Program-made: the position numbers and the translations under genes
Notes under the pieces: model-generated
What the model was told of the DNA's origin: nothing
Database searches by the model: none
What the model saw: the letters and a program-made list of their open reading frames with translations, nothing else
Origin: Geosiphon pyriformis uo1
Lineage: Eukaryota; Fungi; Glomeromycota
Assembly: GCA_016748015.1 (NCBI GenBank)
Contig: JAAOMT010000312.1
Coordinates: 17,935 to 81,934, forward strand
Direction: 5' to 3'
DNA length: 64,000 bases
Part shown: in pieces, positions 23,401 through 37,059 of the stretch
Layout of the letters: each line of letters starts with the position of its first letter
Numbering within the stretch: position 1 is the first letter of the stretch

Positions 23401-25700
23401 AAAAGAAGACAGCATTTACCATTAGAGAAGAGAATTTCGAATTTGAAGTGATGTTATTTGGCTTAACCACTCCAGCCACTTTCCAATGGCTAATGGAAAT
23501 CGTTTATACTGGCTTATTATAGAAATCAATAGTTGTATACTTGGACAACACCAATGTATTCTCAAAAACATTTGATGATCATCTTCATTATCTTCAACAA
23601 GTATTCAAAAGACTAAGAAGAGCAGAACTAAAGTTAAATACAACAAAGTGCTTTTTCGGCAAGACAGAGAACTAAAATTTTTGGAACACATAGTCAGCAA
23701 AGATGGCATTAAAACAGATCCAAAGAAAATAGAGATAGTAAAGAACTTTCCAGCGCCAACCAATATGACAGTACTAAAATCATTTTTGGGATTCGCCAGC
23801 TACTATTGACATTTTATTAAGAACTTTTTCAAGATAGCACAGCCACTCAACCAACTGCAAACCAAGAATACAAAATATAAATGGACAGAAAATCAACAAG
23901 AAGCTTTTGATATTCTGAGAAAAAAGCTCATTCAAGCTCCAATACTGATCTATCCAGATCACAGTAAACTATTCATCATTACCACCAATGCATCCAGTCA
24001 AACATTGGGAGCAGTACTATCTCAGAGAGAACCAGACAGCAAGAAACATCCAGTAACATATGCTAGCAGAGGTTTAACACCAGCCAAAAAGAACTATGAA
24101 ACACCAGAACAAGAACACTTAGCAATATACTGGGCAGTCATAAAATGGAAAGAATACTTGAGCCAGAAGTTTGAAGTATACACAGATCACAAAGAATTAA
24201 CATCACTTTAAAAACAAGAATTTGGAGATAGAAGACAGTCAAGATGGAAAATGGCACTCGCACCATATAATTATACTATACATTATAAAAAAGGAAAAGA
24301 CAATGGAAATGCTGACAGTTTGTCATGAATGAGACAAATCTAAGAACATTTCAACCCAAAAAATATAACAAAACCAGAATAATACCAACAAAAAATATAA
24401 CAAAAGATGAACATACAAAAATATCAACAACTGCTATATTATATAAACACTCAACAGTTCAAGGAGAATTTATTTCAAATGGAATGAAAAAGTATTAAAC
24501 AACAATCAAAATATTTTATCACTCACCAAAATATACTTTATCAGAAAAATAGAAAGGATCCAGATCAACCAACCAGAGTAATTACAGAGCCAGAAAAAAA
24601 GACCATATTATTTAACATACACTCAAATCCAACAGCAGGACATTTTCACAAAGAAGCAACCATAGAAAAAACCAGAAAGAGATACTATTGGCCATCAATG
24701 TACCCAGACATCATTCAATATGTTCAAAATTGTGATGCTTGTTAGTGAAGAAGAGGAACAAGACCCAGTAAACCATTAAAACCAATCAAAGTGGGACAAC
24801 CATTTGACTGTATTGGAATTGATTTAATCGGACCATTAACAATTACCAGCAGAGGAAACAGATACATAACAGTAGCTATGAACTATCTCACTAAATGGCC
24901 AGAGGCAAAAGCAATTCAAAGAGCGGATGCAGAATCCGTTGCCAAATTTGTTCATCAGGATTTGATTTGTCGACATGGATGTCCAAAAGAATTATTATCA
25001 GACCAAGGAACTCATTTTGTGAACAAAACATTAACAGAATTGAGCCAAAGATTCGAAATTAAGAGACCATTATCATCACCATACCATCCACAAACCAATA
25101 GATTAGTTGAAAGATTCAACAGAACATTGTGTGAAGCAATAGCTAAGCTCAGCCAAGAAAACCAGAATGATTGGGATTTGTTCATACCATCAGTACTATT
25201 TGCTTATTGGACAATGAAACAAGATACTACACAAGCAACACCATTTGAATTAGTGTATGAGAGAACAGCAACATTACCAATAGAGAGAGAAATTAATACA
25301 TATCCAGCTGAACCAATAACAGAAGAAAATTTTCAAGAAACATTGCTGAGAAGAACATATGACTTAATAGAAACATTGGAAAACAAATGAAAAAGAGCAG
25401 CTGATAATATTCAAAAGTCACAAGAAAAACAGAAAAAAAGACACGATAGTTAACTACCAGACAAACCAGTTGAATTCAAGATTAGAAACAAAGTATTACT
25501 ACATCATACCAAAGCAAAAAAACAATGGAGTAGAAAATTCGACCCCAAATGGGATGGACCATTTTACATAGAAGAAATTCTAAGAAATAGAGCTTACAAA
25601 TTAAGACTGGACAACAGAATCTTAGCCAAAGCAGCACATGGTGATTGACTGAAACCATATCACTAGATAGCATCAGCATCTACCAATAATATTCTACAAT
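20415..25700 (+). pseudogene. Pol of element A: aspartic protease, Cys-rich domain, dUTPase, RT, RNase H, integrase
   Basis: Protease LILDSSAAGS; dUTPase AGFDL / GGIID..Y.G / IAQ / QGFG; RT PWSLPVVLVHKKNG, LDLDSGYWQV, YLDN; RNase H GAVLSQ, VYTDHK; integrase GHFH..YYWP..CDAC, GIDLIGP, SDQG, ERFNRTL, KWDGPFY. Confidence 0.92.
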
Positions 25701-25800
25701 TGGGAGTACAGAGAATACTAGTCCAACCAGATGAGATTTTACAAAATCTATCATCGACAACAACACATCCAATTAATTGACAAAAGAATATATAAAAAAC

Positions 25801-26460
25801 ATGGTTGATGTGACAGAAGAGATCAGAAAAATGGAAATTACAGACAATATCTATTCACTAGCCCAACAAATTTTTCAATTAATCCAACACCAGAAAATAG
25901 AAATTACAATCAATTAACAAACCATTCATTACAAAAATATGGCAAAAATACCACAACACAAAGTACAGAAAAGACTTGAAAATGTTGTTGACAAGATTAT
26001 AACCAAGATAAAATTGGTCATAAAAGAACAACAAATAGTCAAACTACACCAAAAACTTATTAGAGAAAATTGGACTTGGTGGATGCAACAATTTCCAAAA
26101 AACTATTGTCATTTCTACTTGGAACAACACGTAAATATCCAGAATTTGTACACTGATAAAACAAAACAATTATTCGACACAACAATACTGAGACAACTGA
26201 AATAATTTGTGGGAAAGAACAATCTAACCACACAAGCTTAAGCCATTTACTGGTTATATATAGAATTTCAAGACTGACCAGAAATCTTACTTAACACAGC
26301 AATGGACACAGTTACGAGCAATTAATTGGGAAAAATAACCAACACCCAATTTGAAAAATTACAAATTCAAATAACACAAGTAATACTTGAAAAAAAAGTT
26401 CAAGAAATAATTTAAGAGGGAGAATTAAAGGAATTAGATTTTGATGGAGCTCAATATTAA
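25801..26460 (+). pseudogene. Extra ORF3 of element A (about 220 codons, in-frame stops), function unknown
   Basis: ATG at 25801 reads in one frame up to the PPT. Homologous text is present in elements C (from 52124) and B (~56155-56830). Confidence 0.7.
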
Positions 26461-26473
26461 AAGGAGAGAATAA

Positions 26474-27304
26474 TGTTACTCATAGAATATAAGAAAATAT
26501 AGTATTAGTAGTTAGTAGATATTAGCCAATCAGAGGTAGACGTAGTAAATGTGGAATTCCAGGATTCCTCTCAGAGAAATTGCAGGATTCCAGGAATTTC
26601 AGGATTCCCTGACAAGGAATCACAGAATTTCAGAATTCCAAGATTCTTTTCATTAGGAATCACAGGATTCCTGTCGCAAGGATTGAGAAATTGAGGAATC
26701 TCAAATATGTATATATAGCAGTAGTGTTAGAAACAGAAAAAACAGAATTGATACCACAAAATCCTTAGCCTAAAAACACAATCATTAAATAAATAATTAT
26801 TTTATATCTCAATCCACTCTCCATTATCAACACTTTATGTTGATAGTAATTGATATTTAACCACGCTGGAACAATAGCTCTTGATCATGGCTATTGACGG
26901 GATACCAATCTGCAAATTGTCTTGGCTTATTTCTTTAGATTTCTTTATTTTCTTTATTTTTCTGTAATTTTGTTATTGTGCACTAACCAATTGATTGAAA
27001 GCGCTGATTACTGACATCAAGAATTGCCTGGTAAAAAACCCTTGTGAGAGGGTAGAACATGTACAGAAGATACAGATTACTTACCAGAGGATTGCCGGCC
27101 ACCAAGCCAAGAAAAAAATTGACAGACTTATGAGTCTGGGAAGCTATAGATAAAACAACTATTGAATCTCTGTCCATTATACAAAGAACTCCATCAAAAC
27201 CTTCAGATACAACACTTTCAGAATATCATCAATGGAAATAGCTTTTGAGCACCAAGTTACGAGTTTGTTATTTGATTCGAGACCCCAAATAATTACCTGT
27301 AACA
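26474..27304 (+). repeat. 3' LTR of element A
   Basis: Follows the PPT and is a direct repeat of 17217-18057. Confidence 0.95.
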
Positions 27305-30195
27305 GTGCTTTCTAGTCCATTCTTCCATGATTACATCTACTTTGGTTCTAATCAGATTAGGTTCCAAAACCAATTCATCATTCACAACCAGATGATCCAA
27401 AGTTACTTTGCAAAAGAGACGTTCTAGCATACTCCTAATAATATAACTTTTATTCAATTTGAAACTTTTCATTCTCTTATCTATTGCCAACCTGATTCTA
27501 AATTCCCTAACATGTTCCACTTCTGACATTTTGGAGAAGCAATACAACTTTCTAACCTTGGACAAAACTGACTGAATGGCATCAAAAGGGAAATCTGACA
27601 GAAAAAAAAACTTCACCACAGAAGCATTAGCTGAATTCAGACTTTCCCACTTGTCAAGCAAGAATGTAAAATCTCCAAAAGAATCTAAATAAGACACCTT
27701 AACTAACTTTGACACTAAGAGCTCCAGCTTGTAAAACTTGGATAACTTCTTAACAAAAACGTGATCATAGTCTTTGAACTATTTTTTCTTAAAAACTGCC
27801 TCAGCAGACAAACATAACACTTTATAGAGAGCAATCCATATTGCATCCAAGTCTGAATACACTCTGGCTACAAGAAAATTGTCATAAAACATAGCAGCAT
27901 TTGCCACTGTATTATCCTTAAATTTGGCCCATTTAATATTATTCACACTTTTGCAATTGTATTTCCAATGATTCTTATTTGCTTGCTTGTAAACAGAATT
28001 TAATCAGACATCAAGCAAACTACCTAAACCCACCAACACTAAGACAGCCTAATGGTCAGTATCAAAGTATTCCTCAACACCAAACATGCCACGACCCACC
28101 ACTGTATTGACCAAGTTTAAAGAAATGAGCACATAATCAATTGTCTTAACAATGCCTTGAGAATTGGACTATGTTAGTGACTTTCCACAAGAGCTCCCAC
28201 CCAAGGCATTAACCAAACCAAAATCCAGGCATTTTTTGAAACTTGCACACTTACAAAAATTGTCTTCATTAAAATCACTTCTGAGAATGACAAAAGAAGA
28301 TTTATTGACAGCCTTTGCAATAAGAGAGTTGATATCACCAGCCTGAGAAAACCGAACCACCAAAAAGGTGCCAGCATAAAGCCCCAAAATTGACACTGAA
28401 AGTTTATTTTTGAAAAGCAATTTGATAGACAAGAACTGCCCAGGCACTTCTGAAATTTTGCATACATGTCTTGCCAAAGAAGAGTTCATAACAACCACAA
28501 TATCAGCACCCATATAACCAAATTCTAAACCAGAGGTAAACATCCATACACCATCAAATTTGTTGACAATCCAGGGGTGAACCTTTCCTTTTAACTTTGA
28601 TTCTGTGAAAATAAAAACTAAATTGTCTTTTTCCTTATGCCAATGAATGATATCATTCTGTTTTGCAGGATTGTTTATTTTTTTAACATTACAAATCGCA
28701 ACTTTCCAGATCTTATCACTCATTGAAAAAAAAAGGGGTAAAACCAAACCAGCATTGTTTATTTTAGCCAAAAAACTCATAACTGTGATTAAAAGATTGT
28801 TTAATATTTCCTCCATCTTCAAGATAACTGTAGGATTAAAAACCACTCCTGCAATAGTCTCATCACCAGTAACCACACCCAAACCTTCACTCATCACTAT
28901 ATCTACCCCTTGATTCTGTGATGAAAGAGTCACCAATGGCTGACATCCAGAGCTAAGCTGAGAAACCATTGGCTCAGGTGTGTCCAACCTCTTAGTCAGC
29001 TTGTCAACACACTCTGTGAGGCTGGCAAGACTGTGCTCAAGAGTGGCAAACCTATCATTCAATTCCAAAAACACCAGCAGAGTAGGCTTCATCTTCAAAG
29101 AAGAGCCAGCTTTTAACAAAATATTCCAAACAGGAGGAGGAGAGAAAGAAGACCCACCAGCAATTTGTGCCCATAAAACACTACCAAAAGAAACAGGACA
29201 AGCAATTGGAGCTAAGCATTTGACGTATATGGTAGTCAGTCTACTTTTATCCAAGTCTGAGAAAGTTTTCCATAATGAAGCACCAAAAAAAACATTCTTT
29301 TTCTTACCAGCAGGACAAGCCAATGATGTATGGCCCAATTTCTTATACCCAACACACTTGGCCAAAACAAGACAAGACCAGTACAGAATGGCCTCTTTTA
29401 GAACAGATGTGGTCTTTATGACAGCATCCAATGACTCAGCAGAATCAAAACAAACAGTAGTGCATTTGGCCTGAATATAAGAAACCAAATAACAGTTAAT
29501 TACACAAGTTTTCCCACCCACTAAAGCAACATAATCTCAAATATCATGTGCATTAATTCTTATTAGCAAAGTGTACAAAAGAGCTTTGTAAACATCTCAT
29601 GCATTCCACAATTCTTTGTCCACATCAGATCTAGCAACACACATTGCATCTTTTCCAATCAGAATAAACCATTTTGTCACGACCAAATTAGCATGATCAA
29701 TCTGTTTAAATTCAACCACTGCTTTTTGCCACCAGAACCTTCTTCTAAAACACCACTCCTCCTTTTTTTTCTTAAAAGAACAGATCTGAAGCCATCACTA
29801 AAACTATAAACTTTAGCAGCTTTCTTTATAACAGCAATACTACAGTTAACAGTGGCTTCATAGTTAAAAATAAAAAGTTTAGATTTGTCATACTGAATTA
29901 TAAAAAACTTTTGACTCTTTTTAGGGATTTTTGGACGAAAGAGAGAAAGAAGTTTTCCAAAATTAAATATTAAAAACATAAAAAAGTATTATATTAAAAA
30001 AACAGTTTTATAAATATTTTTAAAACAATAAATAATATAATATTTTAAGATATTTATATTAAGTTTTTTTATTAAAAAAGCTTATTAAACAGTTTGATTT
30101 TAATATTATAAAAAAGAATAATAATTTTTATTTTTTTGTTTTTTTGTTTAAGAAAATATAAAAAAAAATTGTGTTTGTTTTTGTAAAATTTTATG

Positions 30196-33100
30196 TTTTT
30201 TTTTTAATTATTAATAAATATAGTCTAATTACTATCTAATACAAAAAAACAAACTAAAACTCTTTAATTAAATATAACTCACATTTTTTACATGTGATCA
30301 ATTACTTAAACTAATTAAGATTATATTACATATTTATTTAAATCACAATATTAATATTCAAACCAGAATAAAACAAATACTGTTTCTAAAAATCAAAACT
30401 AACTTTAAATACTTTATTAATTTAAATAAACAAATGATACTGTTTAACAACCAAAATAACACAAAGTGTGACAATACTAAAACTACTCTTATATTACTTA
30501 TCTGACTATTGCTTTTTATATTTGTTCTGAATTTAGATCTAAAATTCTATACTATTATTCTATAATATTTAATAAATTTGCAAACAGATTTTACTATTAT
30601 TAAAGCAGCTTTTTTCTTATTTTTAAACATCAATACTGTTTTTTTAAACCAGTTATAACAAAATTTTTATTAATAATCTTATACAAAATTAATATTTAAC
30701 AAATTTAATAAAAAATTTTAAACAACTACTAATGCTAAAAAAATACCAGAACTGATCAAGAACTTCTAACATAAAACTATCTTTTGTACTATATTTTTAT
30801 GCAAACCAATATTACTTTAGCATATAAATACATAATTAGAGAATTCTATTTTACTATACATCAAACATAAAACACCAAAATAATATTTGTTGTAAAGTTT
30901 TTTCTTAACAGCAACTGACAACCTTTTGTAAACTGTCTTTATAAAATATATATGTAAATTTAAAGATATTTTGTTAATAAACTCAGTATATATATGAAAG
31001 TCTAAATGTTAAAACAAAAACTGTACACAATTAATTAATATAGTGAACAAATAATCTGGTCACAATATTTGTATCAGAATCTGTTTTTTAGTTAATATAA
31101 TTAACTAATTTATAAATATCATACATAAAATAACAAACATTATTTGATACTGTTTGGCCATTAGCTAAGATAAATTTTTTTTAAATATAATGTTCAAGAA
31201 ACAAATATGAATAAGCAGCAATATTAACAAATACATCTGTTTTATTATTGCTCATATTACTTAAATAATCTTTAACTTTTACTTACCTAATTAAAATATT
31301 CTTATTTTTAACTAAATTAACAATATGTTTCTATTTTAATTAACAAATATTGTGAAAATCTGGTTATTGTAATTCTAAATTTAAAGTACATATATTAATT
31401 ATTGCTTGGTTGTCTAAATGTATAATCATAAAACAAAACAAAAAAACACACTTCAAAGCCAATATAACTGTCTGTGATTCTACTATTGTAGATAATACCA
31501 AATCTTGAATTTCTACTCCAATATTCATATTAATATCTAAAAAATAAACTGTTACTCCATAAATTATAAACAAAAAACTTATATTTATTAAAGACTTATT
31601 AATATAAATAACAAAACTTCTAGACCAAACTTAATGTAAATAGTTCTAAACAGTTATAAAATTATCAGAATTCAAAACTTTAAAAAAATTGTAAACAGAA
31701 AGTACATGTAAAGACTCAAAACAAAAATCAACCATAAATTTAAAAACTACTTTAAACTATTAAAAAACTGAATCTTTTGGATTCAATTTTTTTTACTAAC
31801 AAAATATTTTCTAATTTATAACTGTCTTATGCTATCTAAAAGCTTATTACCAAAAGTGATACCAAAGCACTTTAAAAAATTAATTACACTATAATAACAA
31901 GAATTTTCCAAAATAGCCAACATAGAAAACTTGCTAAGATTATAGAAAATACTAAGTAAATTATTAGTTAATAAAATTCTATTGTTCAAAAAATTTTCAT
32001 CATACTTACAAAAAAATTGTTTACTGAGCTAATTTTTAACTTTACAGAAAATTATAAAAGATTTATAAGTGTTTACTCCAAAACTTAAAGATCTAAGAAT
32101 TGATAATTAAATAAATATTTAAAAATACCATCAGCATTAGAAAAATTAATTACTAAGACAGTCTTATCTTTTGTTTGCAATTGTTTAAAAAATTTTAGTT
32201 TATATAAGAATAAATAGTATAAAGACTTATTAGAAAAGTCTCTAAGTAAATTAGTCATGGTTTTGAGCCTTTTTTTTATCAAGACATTCTATTTACAACA
32301 CATATTCTTTAAGACAAAACTAAACTGTATCTTATAATCAACAATTAGCTATAATACTGCTAACATCAAATAAGAAATTTTTTATTTGTTAAAGTTTTTC
32401 TTAAAACCATATTGAAAAAAAATCAAACATTTGAATATATTTTAGTCAAAATTGGCTTAAATATATTCTTAGTTAACAAAAAAATTTCTAAATACTTGTG
32501 TAATTTACACTTATATGTTATTACAATTAGTATTCTGCCAATAAACAAAGAAGCAACTTTGATTTTTTAATTAATTGGAACAGCCACTGTTTTTTTATTG
32601 TTAATTAAAACATTATTAACAGGAAAAAATTCACTAATAATATTCAAAATATATTGTCTAGATACATGACTACTTTTTATTTAAATTGTATTATTAATAA
32701 AAACACTAGCTACAAAAAAAATGTTCTATCTGAACTAGCTTTCACTTTTTTTGACTTGGTAACAAACTTGGTATTAATACAATATTCACACAAATGCTTA
32801 TGTCTCTTGATCTTACACAAAAAAAAATTATAACATATTTTCTAAAGCAACAGTAAAAAAACTTTATCTTAGTCTAACCTATTGTGCATTTTGTATTTAT
32901 TTAAAAATCCAAAATTTGTTATTATCTTATTAATTCTATTTTTATGCCAAAAAACCCAATAAAATTTTTGTACATTTTTATTTGCTTAAATTTTATTACA
33001 AATAGATTCAGCCAACAGAATTATAAGTCTTATACATGTTTTGTAGTACTATTTACAACTTTTTATTCTTTTCTAGAGCATTTTTGACAACTGAATTCAC

Positions 33101-34870
33101 TATAAAAATAGGATTCTAAGTAGAAGTGTTCTTAAGCACAGAAAAATTGTTTTTATAAAACATGCTAAACTTACTATAAACAAAAAAAATATGATTTGAC
33201 AGAATTTTTGACAAAATTTTTTTTACCTTTTTAATTAAAACAATAAACTTAATATTAATTAATACTTTTTTCTAATTATATGGTTTTAAAATTATAAAAA
33301 TTTAAGCTCTTTTTTAAAACTCAGAAACTGCTTTCAAAACCAAATACTTATTTAACAAATTCAAAAGACATCTCAAAACATTATTATTATAATGCTTTTA
33401 CAACTCATTTGAAATACTAGAAAAACTAACAGTTTTTTTATCTAAAAGACAACCAACTATCTGTTTTAACTTATTAAATCCAATTTTTTTTATTACTTTA
33501 GAAAATACATTATTATTTATATAATTTAAAAGTACATATTAGTAAAACCAGAGATTAAACATGTTTTTTAGCATTAAATACTTCTTTATTTAGTTTTTCA
33601 TAATATTGTCTATTCTATACTTTATTTTATCTGACTTTAAAACTAATTTATTGCCAATTACCAAATAATTCAGTACTATCTTTTAAAAAAGCTTTTTTAT
33701 TCTTTTATTTATAGTCTTTTTAATAGCTAATGTTTTAATTATTTTTGATCCATAAAACTTAAACTTGTAATATTTTTTTCTAGTTCTAAATAGATAGCCA
33801 AAATTTTTTTTGGATTTTACTCTATATTTAATTAAAAACTGGGTATTAGAAGTTTTAATATTATTAACTTTTGACCAAACTTTCATGAAATATTCAAAAT
33901 CAGAAGCATTTTTAAAAGCAAAAGTCTTAACAATCTTAGAAACTAAAATTTCTAACTTAAAAAATTTTGAAAATTGTTTGTTTCTTAAAGTATTAAATTT
34001 ATTAAACCAATGTTTTAAAAATATTTTATTCATAGAATTCACTATTATTTTATGTAAATACTTTCACATTATATCTAAATTATCTTGCTTTTTTGCATTC
34101 TAAAATATATATTGAATTAAACACATGTTCAAAAATAAACATTTCTTAAAATGTTTCTACTATAATTTATTAATGTTTTTTATTTCAAACTTCTAACAGT
34201 TATAATTGACCTGCTTATACATAGTATTTAAACAAATATTCAAAAATTATTTAAGCCAAAAAAAACTAATACAGTTTTGTAATTAATATTAAAATATTTA
34301 AACACATTAGAAATCTCACAACTAATAACTATTAATAAAAAATATTTATTAACAAAGATATAATTAATAGTTTTCTTAACTTTTTTTAAGTTACTTTATA
34401 TTAGTGTTTTGGTTGCAGGATTTCTAAAGAGTGAATTATGTAAACCCAAACTAAAACATTTCTTAAAACTAATACTTTTAATCATATTATCTTGATTAAA
34501 ATTATTTTTAAGCATTGTATAAAAACCAGAACTAACTGTTCTAATAATAAAAAAGATTACTTTATTAGCCTAACCAAAACAAATATTTATTAAAACACCA
34601 GCATAAATTTCTAAGATTATGATTAAAAAATTATTACCAAATAAAAAGCAAATTAATAGAAAATAATTTAGAATATTTAATACTTTATACATATGCTAAG
34701 CAAATATATTATTTATTATAATTGTTATATTTAAACCCAAATAACTAGAATTCAAATTAGACACAAAAACTTTCAAACCAGAAAATTTGTTTTTTATTTA
34801 TGCTCTGTATTGTTTTTTTAGCTTTATCTTAGTCACAAAAAAAACCAAATTGTTAAATTTTTTATGTCAT
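30196..34870 (-). mobile_element. LINE B: older, heavily AT-shifted relative of LINE A
   Basis: Poly-A at 30196-30205 and the shared 3'-UTR motif at ~30291. RNase H-like remnant at 31364-31573 (STIVESQTVILALKCV..HLDNQA), RT-like remnants at 32085-33050 (KTYNSVG) and an APE-like remnant near 34200-34870. Confidence 0.75.
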
Positions 34871-36060
34871 TATTACTTAAAAAAAATTAAAAAAAATTAA
34901 AAATAATAATATTATATTATATTAACCAATTATTAAATAACAGTATAAATAGTATAAATTAATAAATAAAATTAGAAAATATAATATGTACATAATAACA
35001 TATAAAACATACACAAATGTACTCAATTTAATATAATTATAAACAAATAAGCTAAGAAGCATTTACAGTCAAACAAAAGGCCCAATAACTTAGCAATTAT
35101 TCATTAATTAGTTTAAATAAATACAATTATGTATAATTCAAAATATGTATATATACAATAGCTTTCTAACTAAAAAAAAACAAACAGAAAAAGAATAAAA
35201 AAAAAAGTCAATTAAACAAAATTAACAAAAAAAATTAGAAAAATTAGATTATAATTTCAAAAAAAGTTAAAAAGTGTGTTCTTTAAGCTTTGTATTATAA
35301 TATCTACTGATACTAAAATCAGTAAAATTAAAGATTTTTTTTCTTTATAATCTAGTTCCTTACAAATAACCCAAAAAGCCATTATTTTCTTTTACTATTA
35401 CCTTTCTATTAATAAAAACAATAGTGAAAATATTTAATACATTAATAAAAACACAAATAAGATCCAACCTTAACAAGATTAAAAACACATTAAAAAAATA
35501 TTAATTACATAAAATTACTTAGAAACTATTTATAATAATACCTTGTTCAAAATTAACAATTAATTTAAAAATCTAAAATAAATTTTTTGTATTTAAAAAA
35601 AATAATCTTTAATTAAGATTATTTTATAAATACTAATTTTGTTAATTTTTATTTTTTATTTTTAATTCTCTTTAAATTTATTAAAAATAAGATACTATTT
35701 TACTATAAACAAAAAAATACAGATATTTAATATTAAAGTGAGATAAAAAAAGTATCTTCATAAAAGTTTTAAAGAAAGACACAATTGAAAATATAGAAAT
35801 ACAACAGAAATTCTTCTTAAAAAACTAATATAGTAACAGCTATTAACAATAATTTTGACAAAAACATTATATCATATACCAAATTTAATAACAAAAACAT
35901 TTATTAAAAATAATTATTCAATACCTGCTAAAAAATTAAGAAAAACTTATCAAGCTAATCTTCAAATTCTTAAATAAAAATAATAATAATAATCTATTAA
36001 ACAGAAATTTAGCATAAATTAAAATTGATACTAATTGAGACTAATATACTTATCCTTATA
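34871..36060 (+). repeat. Old LTR (family G), + orientation, solo or 5' LTR of a deleted element
   Basis: Colinear with the reverse complement of 57884-59081 along its whole length. Decayed TGTTAC start (tattac) and TATA at ~35147. No convincing TSD. Confidence 0.7.
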
Positions 36061-36087
36061 TGGTTATAGATTATTTTTTCTTAGTGG

Positions 36088-37059
36088 TGTTACCAGTAGA
36101 ATTTAGCTATTAATTAGTATGAAATTACTCTCATAATTCCTATTATTAATTAGCATACATTATTATTTATTTCAATTATCACTTATTATTTAATCAAATT
36201 ATCAAATATTATTACTCAATTAATAATCCGATTTGTATTCTAGAAATTAAGATAATCAAATTACACAATACCCTGAACTATTTAACATAGTCAAAATTCG
36301 CCGAAATCAATAGAAATTGGCCGAAATAATCAATAGTTCAGTAAAATAACTTGTAGTTTGCCAAAATGTATCTTTAGTTCACCCAAATTGTAGCAAAGAG
36401 AAAAGTGCAAATTCAAAGACTAGTACTACAGCAAGTTGTATAAAAGAAGAGCTTCTCTCTTCAAGAAAATGTATTTTCTCATAGTATCTTATCATAGTAC
36501 TTTACTTTAGATATCTTAATTGAAACAAATCATCTTTTTACACATTCAAATAAAAATAAAAATATTCGAAAACCAAATCCTTAAATTATTACACTTGAAA
36601 TTCCTTCAACACAACTAACGTTTTGAAATTGATTAGCTACCAATTTCAATAATCTGTTAATAATTCCAGGCCTAAATAAAAAACGTTTCTCTTGACACAA
36701 TTCTATTTTTTTTCATTTTTTTTATTTTTTTTTTATTTTTTTATTATAATCATTAGGGTAGCCTACAGATGAGATTCCTGTAGAAGAGTTAACTTTCACA
36801 GCAAAGTAACTATACATTTTTAGTGAGCTTTCAGACAAGCAATTCCTGGAAAAGAGTTGACATTTACTACAACGTAATTACACAAAGTAACTGGTGAGGA
36901 ATTGGCTATTCCACTTATAAGTCCAGCAGTTCAAATTATAGAAGATAATTTGGAGATAAATTCAGTTACTGGAGGTCTAATTACTTCCTGAGAACGTGAA
37001 TTCACAGCAAATCAACATTAACAACATTCAAGAAAAGAGACCAAAAACCTCCAGTAACA
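36088..37059 (+). repeat. 5' LTR of element B
   Basis: 972-nt direct repeat of 56840-57812, followed by the PBS. Confidence 0.95.

Larger units (their letters stand above)
17217..27304 (+). mobile_element. Ty3/Gypsy LTR retrotransposon A, full length, degenerate (gag-PR-Cys-rich-dUTPase-RT-RH-IN-ORF3)
   Basis: LTRs at 17217-18057 and 26474-27304 with TGTTAC...GTAACA ends. PBS tggtgcttcctgtgagg at ~18060 and PPT aaaaggagagaataa before the 3' LTR. Domain order RT-RH-IN. Confidence 0.95.
13811..29958 (-). mobile_element. LINE A: APE-type non-LTR retrotransposon with RNase H, degenerate, split by Gypsy A (LINE parts 13811-17216 and 27305-29958)
   Basis: Poly-A tail at 13811-13820. ORF1 has a decayed zinc knuckle (CVGYKKLGHTSLAC). 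ORF2 from 28723 has APE motifs (AICNV, TESKL, SDFN), RT motifs (QDIWKAYDSV, AFVDN), RNase H motifs (SDSQAAL, WIKVRGHSG..NECAD) and a C-terminal CLFCSNVEVSDHVFSC. The reading frame rejoins across the insertion (WTRK.NVV). Confidence 0.9.

Noticed and set aside
25801-26460. env gene
   Set aside because: No signal peptide, transmembrane segment or fusion-protein features are visible.
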